This document shows, piece by piece, positions 39,801-47,656 of a stretch of DNA of 64,000 nucleotides. The position numbers were made by a program, and so were the translations under genes. The stretch is from a virus, in the IMG/VR virus record IMGVR_UViG_3300025759_000058. One strand, given 5' to 3'. The notes under the pieces were generated by a model, which saw only the letters and a program-made list of their open reading frames with translations, had not been told where the DNA came from and searched no databases. The stretch's first letter is position 1. Each line of letters opens with the position of its first letter.

Positions 39801-40460
39801 GCCGATTTTTCCAATATTGGACGTACTATTACACAACCATATGCGGCGGATTATTTTTATAGTGTTTTTAACAGTGATCTAGGTACATCGAGGATTCCAA
39901 TGTTATCTATTAGTAATAGTACAACTGGCTCATTATATATTGTACCAATGTCGGGAGAAACGTCGATTGATATAGCATTTAATTGGAGTGTTACAATTAA
40001 CGGAAGCTTCGGCGATGAGATTGATCAAGCAAATATCCGTGCAAGGTTGCAAGTGCTAGATACTACCGGCTCTATTAATAACAACACTTATTGGGATGAT
40101 GCGGGTGATTCGAATGACTGGATTACTGTAGCCAATGACGACGCATCTTTTTATAACAACTTAGGTTCTGTAAACTTAGAGTTCTCCGCCGTCACCGGTA
40201 ATAACTACTCCGGCTGGAAAACATTTGCTGCTAATGATGCAACAGAACACGGTGCATTACGTTTAAACGTTACGCAAAATGAATGGAATAAATTATGTAG
40301 AATTGTGTTTGATGTATATCATATTTGGGATAATACAAATGTACCTACTTCTACTCAGCAATATATAGGAAATATTGTACTTCAAACAGGCAGAAGCTTT
40401 GCAGCTGCAGTAACAAAAGGCGATCTTGTATTTGATAATGGTTCATGGAACCCAAGATAA
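36867..40460 (+). CDS. Large virion structural protein (tail/baseplate periphery)
   Basis: 1197 aa, beta- and Gly/Ser/Thr-rich; ATATTTAT at 36840; precedes the fibre genes. Confidence 0.65.
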   Translation: MSEYTFRELAVRPKVAYVGYKDYTYTVNDTSLTSPDYFEIVEFPSKLTAGKNLIKLRANRNNLVNNSNINVEILDYNGDPVYYKPIRYSERDGTRVIAIYVYPETSPGPARIYLTGRARFDQRGNELRSSQDYSDSDYINRPNLIWSRSVTIAPDDPNSTEIIFVKQPQVLITESVQPYFQPVTTTSVFTKVSSSGIPSDLSLGFGYQTNLPVGSPPPILPAAFESETGEDANDITVTITPANVFTSAVTVGDTIEESGAATTSNPVSIVVGNGVDFTLSPTTLSVIEEFSFTSAMEDGVITVTNPLVLAPNGTSAYVFGTEQNGFDVAIPVGMNVAPTKMVQINAAGQVRLYGTWTFGIRSVQNATKARVVQIDGYDNNFFNTNDAPLWRFLGNSATFTGFPANMNSEAAVAASGFDVTSNRIESANNFTSSFIEPYIVTETENSASFADIILSNIEPETGDVYKVKTLFKPSGMFGDFIDLGDTILEEQELLIDTESFETNVTVGAVYEHFGRFESLDEINTYWERVKSDGSDATFTVNTANIFGTIYDPLVNPPTGLMRYSVLTYDDTNLLGGAQFDIGPYTNFKLDQGVLFWIKQQYRPKLYANTTYKVRAKLLLHSSAPAIEDDRIPFPRIDMYVSGSKPTLLSENIIIAGNASLPNNWQETLTGDFADGSVAGYHLGTVTCTDVDNTRIDVEFLFKVEADVPESNLGFMLRSGEWTIADIELKSYKESGFSPNYVRIGKRVPTEHLKTPLTFKFQYYDYTGKLANQQTTAYGVVFQGDNFYIDGVNNILTGSLFLGNTIGTGVEMAGVNSAFIRSVGYYGYSASLATGNEKNGGFLIYSGSVLPAEKNYFGDDIYKGVGMELVADDDAGHLIFHTNPSILDIKARTFFIGDSDTQFISGSNGNIEISSSFFHLNPKDSEAKIGGFVVEEDQIRSSADELNLKSNGQISGSEFRLRRSIGGSDYTYADTVQGFADFSNIGRTITQPYAADYFYSVFNSDLGTSRIPMLSISNSTTGSLYIVPMSGETSIDIAFNWSVTINGSFGDEIDQANIRARLQVLDTTGSINNNTYWDDAGDSNDWITVANDDASFYNNLGSVNLEFSAVTGNNYSGWKTFAANDATEHGALRLNVTQNEWNKLCRIVFDVYHIWDNTNVPTSTQQYIGNIVLQTGRSFAAAVTKGDLVFDNGSWNPR

Positions 40461-40547
40461 AGATATTATCTTTTTTCATCGGTACATATTTATTTAAAAG
40501 AAGAAAAAAAGCCGTTATAACGGTCAATCTCATAAAGGAATTGTCAT

Positions 40548-41969
40548 ATGGCACAAACAATTAAGTTAAGAAGAGGTGGCTTAGGTAAATTAGCTACTAC
40601 AACAGCAGCTGGTATATCAACAGCACAGGGTGAGGTATTATTAGGTACTGGTTCATTAGCGTCACAATTATCAGGTCCAATATTATTTGCGGCATCAGAA
40701 AATAATACATTACAGCCTGTTGCGGGTCGCATTCCTGTAGTGACCAATGGTCCGGCTTTAGCGGCTACAATCAATACTTCTGGTGATGAAAATTTTGCCG
40801 ATTTGACAATTCACTCTGGTAGTAAATTTTATCGATATGTAGATAATAGCACCGGCTTTTCGCCGTTAGAAGTTGAGGCCGGGGATCTTTCTCTGCAAGA
40901 CGCGCCAATAAAAGTAAGTACAGATCTTATAGTATTTATATCAGGTTCAGCTGAAGCACAAACAAGAAAAGAATCTGTTGCAGACTTTGTTTCAGCGATT
41001 GCAGGTACAGGTTTAACAGCAGCTGCTGGTGTATTAAGTGCAGGTGATGGTATTGTTTCTGCATCAACTTCCAATCCAGGAGCGGCAACAGAGTTAGCGA
41101 TATTCGAAGGTGCAAATGGTATTGAAGGCGATGCCAACTTGAAATGGGATGGCACCGATTTATTGATAGGCAGTACCAAAGGTGTTAAATTTAACAGCGG
41201 TCCTAGAATCAATTCAGCGACGTCAGATACATTAACAATTGATGCTGATACAAAAGCTCAAATTGTTTCGCCATCGGTTGAAATTGGTAATATAGGAGAT
41301 ACAACTGCTACCACTGTTAGCATTGGTAATAGTAACGATACCGCAGATATCAATTTACAAGGTACAGTAAATGTTAAGAGTGCTACAGTAGCCACTGATC
41401 AGACAACATTTAATTTAGTTAATACAACCGCAACTACAGTTAATTTTGCAGGAGCTGCAACTACACTCGATATTGGTGCATCTACAGGTATTGCTACTAT
41501 TAAAAATGCAACCATCAATTTAGGTGAATCGGCAACTGACCAAGTTAATGTTAAAGGTAACTTGAACGTCGCTGGTGATCTTACATATGTAAGTTCAGAA
41601 ACGGTACAAATCAATGATAATATTATTGAATTAAATGCTGATAGTGATGTAGTTACGACAGCCGGTATTACAGTATTGGACGGTGCAGCAACGTCATCGT
41701 TATTATGGGATGTAACTAACGAATGGTGGGAAGCTGGTTCAGGCGGCGTTGGTGGTACTTCAAATACATATCGCATTGCAGAATTTTATGATAACGACGG
41801 CCTCGCAACCACTGGTCAATTGGCAATGGTCGACGCCGATGGTAGAATTACTGGTTCTAGTATAGTTGAAGCCGGCGGTAATATTACTTTCAATTCCAAT
41901 GTTGACTTTAGTAATATCGCTGTAACATTTGGTGATTCTGCAACATTAATTGATGGAGGTACCTTCTAA
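40548..41969 (+). CDS. Tail fibre protein with Mtd_N-like N-terminus
   Basis: MAQTIKLRRG...GEV; VKGNLNVAG...INDNIIELN fibre motif. Confidence 0.75.
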   Translation: MAQTIKLRRGGLGKLATTTAAGISTAQGEVLLGTGSLASQLSGPILFAASENNTLQPVAGRIPVVTNGPALAATINTSGDENFADLTIHSGSKFYRYVDNSTGFSPLEVEAGDLSLQDAPIKVSTDLIVFISGSAEAQTRKESVADFVSAIAGTGLTAAAGVLSAGDGIVSASTSNPGAATELAIFEGANGIEGDANLKWDGTDLLIGSTKGVKFNSGPRINSATSDTLTIDADTKAQIVSPSVEIGNIGDTTATTVSIGNSNDTADINLQGTVNVKSATVATDQTTFNLVNTTATTVNFAGAATTLDIGASTGIATIKNATINLGESATDQVNVKGNLNVAGDLTYVSSETVQINDNIIELNADSDVVTTAGITVLDGAATSSLLWDVTNEWWEAGSGGVGGTSNTYRIAEFYDNDGLATTGQLAMVDADGRITGSSIVEAGGNITFNSNVDFSNIAVTFGDSATLIDGGTF

Positions 41970-41971
41970 GG

Positions 41972-42002
41972 TTGATTTTTTGAAATAGTTTCATTATATT
42001 AA
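41972..42002 (+). promoter_or_regulatory. Sigma-A-type promoter variant
   Basis: TTG(41972)-N20-TATATTAA. Confidence 0.5.
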
Positions 42003-42057
42003 TCTTTGATTACTAACCCGCGCTATATAGCGCAGTTTAAATGGGGATGTCATATAT

Positions 42058-44445
42058 ATGGCGCAAACAATCAAGATTCGAAGAACCAATACGCCTGGTA
42101 AAAAACCTATATTTAATACAGATATAGTAACAGGCGAATTTGGATTTAATACAGCCGATGGTTTATTATTTATAGGCGATAGTTCGCAAACACGTACGGT
42201 AATAACTGCTGACAACTGGGTTACTGGCTCATTATCTTTAAAAGATCAAATCAATAATAGAATTCATGCTTTAGACAACGGCCGTTTGGTATTAGGTACG
42301 CCGACTGATGAAACTCCGGCTATAGGATATGTAAATTCACCATCACGAAGAATTATAATATCTGATGATTTTACCCCTACATATGTAGTAGGTTCAATGA
42401 CGGCCAGTAAGGGTGCATACATAACTGGTAGTGATTTAGTATTATATGATGCAGATTTAGTAGCAACAAAGAATGATGCGTATGCTGTTAATTTCTATGG
42501 TACCGCATCATATGTTCATACATCATCTAGACTGCAAGTTGATGGTGACTCTGAATATCATTTAGGTACTGATAAATTATTACGTCTTGTTAGTGGCGAT
42601 AATGTGACATTGGGATATGCGCAAAATGCCGGACCTGGGGTTACAGTAACAATTAATGCATCCGGCGGCGACTTAACTGATTTAAATAACTTTACTGGCT
42701 CAATAAATGATGCTACTAGCTCATTCTTATTAAATACAACGGATACATTTACTGGTACATTGACAGTAAATGGGACAATGGATGTAAATACAGGGTACTA
42801 TGAGTCGAATGGCTCACCAATCATGTATTTTGATACATCCGGTACCGGCGTTGCAAACATAGGTGTTACCGCCCGGACATTTAAAGCTGTGGGTAATAAA
42901 GTAGTAATGGATCAGCCTATTACAGCTAGCGGTATATCAGAATTTAATGCAGCCGAAGTTGGTTTAGGAATGGGTATTGTTATAAAGCGAGATGACAACG
43001 GGGCATTGCATACTGCGCCTGTAGCCACTCCTACAAACATTTTTTATGCTGCGGATGAAACTGGCGCACCAACGGGGTCTGATAGATTTATCTTAAGAGA
43101 AGATCAGCAACTTGCACAGTTTGGTAAAGCTACACCAATTGGTGTAGCAACCACGACATTTGGTAATAATTTAAATACAAATCCTTCGCGAATATCATCC
43201 GGCAGCCATATCATGCAAGATGGTCAGCCATTAGTAACAAATGCTATATATAGATTTGGTCGATTCCATTTAGTAGGTATAGGCCGAGCCGGCGCCGGCG
43301 GACTCGGCGCTGGAGGTCTAGTACCACCGGTATTAGAAGAAATTCCAGGGTATGGTCCGACCGGTTGGTACCAACAAATTCTTCCAAATCCATCTAATAT
43401 AACAGGTTACAGTACGATTGCAAATGGCGGCCTAGGATTTGGTAATGCGTATATTGATGTTACCCCAAATAACATAAGTGATTACGGCATACCGCAAGGC
43501 AGTACTATTATGGTAACTCAATATGGACTTACTTTACCAGGCTCGCCTGCAATATTAACGGGTGGCGGATCTATTAGATTTTTCGCTAGCGAATCATATG
43601 CAACTAACGAATCTGGTTCATTTGCATCGCCATTCTCTAGTGCTAGTATTGAGTTCGCCATGGCACCGGATAGTAGTAGCTTACTTATACGTACCGGAAA
43701 AGGCGCCAGCGTAGTCGATGCATTATACATATCTCAATCCGGGCGACGTCCATTAATTGGTATAGGTACGCAAGATCCAAAATCTGCGTTAGATATTAGA
43801 GATGTAAAAGATGATGGTACCGGTACTGAATTTGTATTAAAAACGACAAGATCTGGCGCCGGCGCATCTATAGGTGACAAAGCAGGAACATTGAACTTCA
43901 CGGTTGAAAGTGGTAGCTTTAATGATTATAAAACATCAGGATCAGTTGCAGTAATAGATGCCGAGGTTACTGGAGTAAGTGAATTGGGTGTTCAAGGTGA
44001 TTTAGTACTAAAAACAGCGAGTACCACCAAATCAGCGCCTAAGGAAGTGTTACGAATTAATTCATTTAACTCATACTTTTCTAGTAGTCTTAAAGTATTA
44101 CAAAACCTAACAATAGGTCAGAATACAGTACTAATGACTAATATAGAAGTTACTGTATCAGGCGATTCTGAACAAAATTTAACGACTTTTGCATCAAATA
44201 ATAATGATGGTGCTATATATGATTATGTATTAGTAGATTCTAGTAACGGGTATGCTCGTACAGGCCAATTCATGGTATGTCATAATGGCACAACAGTTTC
44301 ATATACAGATACATCGACTAGGCCGGTCGGCGGTGATACATCAGATCCTGTATTAACAGCACTAGACCCGGCCCTCGGTATTGTCGCTGTACGTATTACA
44401 AATGGCGACGGTTATACGTTTAAATCTTTAAGGAAATTAATATAA
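42058..44445 (+). CDS. Tail fibre protein with Mtd_N-like N-terminus
   Basis: MAQTIKIRR...GEFGFNTADGLLFIGD; IGIGTQDPKSALDI. Confidence 0.75.
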   Translation: MAQTIKIRRTNTPGKKPIFNTDIVTGEFGFNTADGLLFIGDSSQTRTVITADNWVTGSLSLKDQINNRIHALDNGRLVLGTPTDETPAIGYVNSPSRRIIISDDFTPTYVVGSMTASKGAYITGSDLVLYDADLVATKNDAYAVNFYGTASYVHTSSRLQVDGDSEYHLGTDKLLRLVSGDNVTLGYAQNAGPGVTVTINASGGDLTDLNNFTGSINDATSSFLLNTTDTFTGTLTVNGTMDVNTGYYESNGSPIMYFDTSGTGVANIGVTARTFKAVGNKVVMDQPITASGISEFNAAEVGLGMGIVIKRDDNGALHTAPVATPTNIFYAADETGAPTGSDRFILREDQQLAQFGKATPIGVATTTFGNNLNTNPSRISSGSHIMQDGQPLVTNAIYRFGRFHLVGIGRAGAGGLGAGGLVPPVLEEIPGYGPTGWYQQILPNPSNITGYSTIANGGLGFGNAYIDVTPNNISDYGIPQGSTIMVTQYGLTLPGSPAILTGGGSIRFFASESYATNESGSFASPFSSASIEFAMAPDSSSLLIRTGKGASVVDALYISQSGRRPLIGIGTQDPKSALDIRDVKDDGTGTEFVLKTTRSGAGASIGDKAGTLNFTVESGSFNDYKTSGSVAVIDAEVTGVSELGVQGDLVLKTASTTKSAPKEVLRINSFNSYFSSSLKVLQNLTIGQNTVLMTNIEVTVSGDSEQNLTTFASNNNDGAIYDYVLVDSSNGYARTGQFMVCHNGTTVSYTDTSTRPVGGDTSDPVLTALDPALGIVAVRITNGDGYTFKSLRKLI

Positions 44446-44708
44446 TGCATTCAGATTTTGATCATAGACATTACGTAATATTCGATACTAGCGAAACAGG
44501 CAGTATTGATTTTACTCAAGTATTAGAAACTTCAATTGAAACACTTAGATTAAGCTTAAATGGTTCTCAGACATTTGTAAAATACAATGGAGACACAATG
44601 CCTTCATCAGTATCAAGTTTAACAACTAAGGAAGGTCCATATTCACACGATGAAATATTAAACATATTAACAGGCAGTGAGTGGGCTGATCCAAATGCTG
44701 AAATATAA
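44445..44708 (+). CDS. Small fibre-associated protein
   Basis: IDFTQVLETS...FVKY...YSHDEILNIL...EW; coupled to the lectin genes. Confidence 0.7.
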   Translation: MHSDFDHRHYVIFDTSETGSIDFTQVLETSIETLRLSLNGSQTFVKYNGDTMPSSVSSLTTKEGPYSHDEILNILTGSEWADPNAEI

Positions 44709-46195
44709 TGGGTGGATTTACAGGAGCACCTCCTATAGCAACAACAGGACTAGTATTTGCGGTAGATGCCGCAAATAAAAAATCTCACCCTAGATCTGGA
44801 ACTACGTGGACTGATCTTGTAAAATCTAGAGCTGGTTCTAAATCAGGCACTTATTCTTTTGAAAAGGGCAACTCTAGAAAAGTTCGTTTTACTGATGGTT
44901 ATACTAGTTTTTCTGATAACGCCGATTATGATATAACATCAGACTTTACTCTTAATGTATGGTTTAAATCAACAGGAACACATGGTGATAACACAGGTAT
45001 TTTTTGTAAAGATGAAACAGCTTTTGGAAATTGGGGGTTATTTGGTGATGGCAATGGTTATTATGTAAGATTTGGCTTTTCAAATACCTCTTCAGGAAAT
45101 TTTGAAATAAACTATGATGCATCATATGATTTATTAAACACAGATGACTGGTTTAATTACCAGGGAGTTTATAACCAATCAGAAACTCGACTTACATTAT
45201 ATAGAAATGGAGTTAAAGTATCTGAAGATACAAATATAACAGGTACTCCTCCTACTAATAATAACCCTGTAAAAATTGGTAACAGAAATGTTGTAGATGC
45301 ACCATTTGTAGGCGATATAGCGATATGCCAGTTATATAACACAGCATTAACAGAAAAACAGGTAAAACAAAATTACGAAAATCTTAAACGTAGATTTATA
45401 AGACCTCAAGTTCCTGTTGTAGCAGCCGCTGGCTCACCTGCGCCTTCATATTCTGTTCCCTCTGGATATACATTATTCTTAGATATAAATGATAGTGATA
45501 GCTATGGTGGAACAGGAACTGTTATATCAGATTTAAGCGTTAGTGGTAATGACCTTACATTAGTTAATAGCCCAACATACACAGCAACTACACCTAAACA
45601 TTTTAGTTTTGACGGTTCAAATGATTATGGCTGGTTAGCTAACTTAAATTATGGTAATTCTAATACTATAAGCGAAATGTCTATATTTGCATGGGCTCGT
45701 ACTTCATATGATGCTGGCAGTTTAAATGGTTTTTCAAATACGCAATGGGCATTTTTAGATTTTGATAGATCCGAAGTATTTAATTTTTACTTTAATGGAA
45801 AAGGACAAGTATCATTTAGTGGTAGAGCTAGTAATTATGGTGGTATAGGGTCAACTTATTTTGATATTATAGGAGCGGCACAAAATAATGATAATGTGTG
45901 GCATTTAGTGGGTCTCACATATTCTGTAACAGATCAAGAAATAGTTATGTACGTTGATGGCGCAGTAGACGAAACATTTACCGCAAACGGTAGTTTAACT
46001 GCTTTAGGAGGAGGAGGTGCTACTCGTTACGGTATTGTAGCAGATGGATCTGAAGCTACATCAGAAAATGGAAGTAGAAATAATGTCTATTACCAAGGTG
46101 ATATAGCGTCAATTTTATTCTACGAAAATACAGTACTCACAGCACAACAAGTTACAGATCTGTGGAACGGACAAAAATCAACATTTGGATATTAA
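44708..46195 (+). CDS. Two-domain LamG/concanavalin A-like lectin protein
   Basis: GLVFAVDAANKKS...QLYNTALT; second domain LFLDINDSDSY...WHLVGLTY. Confidence 0.85.
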   Translation: MGGFTGAPPIATTGLVFAVDAANKKSHPRSGTTWTDLVKSRAGSKSGTYSFEKGNSRKVRFTDGYTSFSDNADYDITSDFTLNVWFKSTGTHGDNTGIFCKDETAFGNWGLFGDGNGYYVRFGFSNTSSGNFEINYDASYDLLNTDDWFNYQGVYNQSETRLTLYRNGVKVSEDTNITGTPPTNNNPVKIGNRNVVDAPFVGDIAICQLYNTALTEKQVKQNYENLKRRFIRPQVPVVAAAGSPAPSYSVPSGYTLFLDINDSDSYGGTGTVISDLSVSGNDLTLVNSPTYTATTPKHFSFDGSNDYGWLANLNYGNSNTISEMSIFAWARTSYDAGSLNGFSNTQWAFLDFDRSEVFNFYFNGKGQVSFSGRASNYGGIGSTYFDIIGAAQNNDNVWHLVGLTYSVTDQEIVMYVDGAVDETFTANGSLTALGGGGATRYGIVADGSEATSENGSRNNVYYQGDIASILFYENTVLTAQQVTDLWNGQKSTFGY

Positions 46196-46198
46196 AAA

Positions 46199-46906
46199 AT
46201 GGCATTCTTATATTCACCTAAAATAGTAACAGAAGGTTTAGTTTTAGCAATTGATGCTGCTAATAAAAAATCCTACCCTGGCAGTGGAACTGGATTTAAT
46301 AATTTAGTAGATTCTTCAAATAATTTTACTATTAATGATGCCCCTACCTTTAATACATCACCTGATAGGTTTACTTTTTCTTCCAATCAAATAACCCAAT
46401 ATTTTGAAAAATCATCATATAGTTTTCCGGTAAATGATTATTCTATTTCAATATGGATAAAATTTACATCAACGTCATTTAATGGTGCTACTGTTAGTTA
46501 TGCTGTTGATTCAAGCAGTACAGGGAATAATGAATCTTTAATGTATTTTTCATCGGGGGATTTAAGATTTTACGGACCCAATGGTGGTAATGTTTCTACT
46601 AGTTGGACTATACCTAATACTACTTCTTGGTTTAATTTAGTAAGAGTAAGAACCAAAACCAGTGGTAACGAAAAACTTTATGTAAACGGAGTACAAGAAT
46701 ATTCAGGAACTTTGGATGCTAATATATCTAATGGAACACCAGGTACCCTTATCTTTGGACAAGAACAAGATTCAGTTGGTGGTGGATTCGATCCCAACCA
46801 ATGTTTTTATGGTGATTTTGCAGCAATGAAATTATATAATAGAATATTATCACTTTCTGAAGTCACCCAAAACTACAACGCACTCAAATCACGCTTCGGC
46901 CTATAA
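46199..46906 (+). CDS. LamG/pentraxin-like lectin protein
   Basis: PKIVTEGLVLAIDAAN; LIFGQEQDSVGGGFD...GD. Confidence 0.85.
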   Translation: MAFLYSPKIVTEGLVLAIDAANKKSYPGSGTGFNNLVDSSNNFTINDAPTFNTSPDRFTFSSNQITQYFEKSSYSFPVNDYSISIWIKFTSTSFNGATVSYAVDSSSTGNNESLMYFSSGDLRFYGPNGGNVSTSWTIPNTTSWFNLVRVRTKTSGNEKLYVNGVQEYSGTLDANISNGTPGTLIFGQEQDSVGGGFDPNQCFYGDFAAMKLYNRILSLSEVTQNYNALKSRFGL

Positions 46907-46923
46907 CAAGAAAAAAATTAACT

Positions 46924-47616
46924 ATGGGAACATTCGGAGGAGCACAACCAATCGTAACAGACGGACTAGTATTTGCCGTTGACGCGGCAAATTATGAATC
47001 GTATACCAGTGGTAGTACTACATGGAGTGATTTAGCAGGCAGTAATAATGGTACTCTAATAAATGGACCTACATTTGATTCGGGAAATGGTGGTAGTATT
47101 GTTTTTGATGGGACGAATGCTTATATCCAGAATGGTTACTTAGATAATGGAGGGGGTTCTGGCACGGCACAATCGTATAACATTTGGTTTAAGGCTGATA
47201 CTTTAAACGTTTCAGGCACCTCACAAGGTTTATTATTTTGGGATGTTTATAATGGGATAAGAATTCTCCATAATTCTGGAGAAATTGGTATTCAAACAGA
47301 TGGGGATAATTCTGATGGGGATTTTTCCCCAACCCCTACCGCTACTACAAATACGTGGCATAATGTAGCTTTTAATTTTAACCAAGGAGTTAGTTATGAG
47401 TGTTGGTTTGATGGAGTTTCTTTTGGTTCAGCAGCTACAAGTGATACTAGTGGTGCCCCCTCCACAAATCTTTTAATAGGAGCTAAAAATCATAATGGAA
47501 TTACTCAAGACTTTTTTAATGGTAATATAGCTATAGTACAAGCATACAACCGCGCCCTCTCCTCCACAGAAATCACCCAAAACTACAACGCACTTAAAGG
47601 AAGATTCGGTTTGTAA
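46924..47616 (+). CDS. LamG/concanavalin A-like lectin protein
   Basis: PIVTDGLVFAVDAAN...WHNVAF...AYNRALS...QNYNALK. Confidence 0.85.
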   Translation: MGTFGGAQPIVTDGLVFAVDAANYESYTSGSTTWSDLAGSNNGTLINGPTFDSGNGGSIVFDGTNAYIQNGYLDNGGGSGTAQSYNIWFKADTLNVSGTSQGLLFWDVYNGIRILHNSGEIGIQTDGDNSDGDFSPTPTATTNTWHNVAFNFNQGVSYECWFDGVSFGSAATSDTSGAPSTNLLIGAKNHNGITQDFFNGNIAIVQAYNRALSSTEITQNYNALKGRFGL

Positions 47617-47656
47617 TATTTATATATGAACCTTTGGAAAGTGAAAAAGGCATTTA

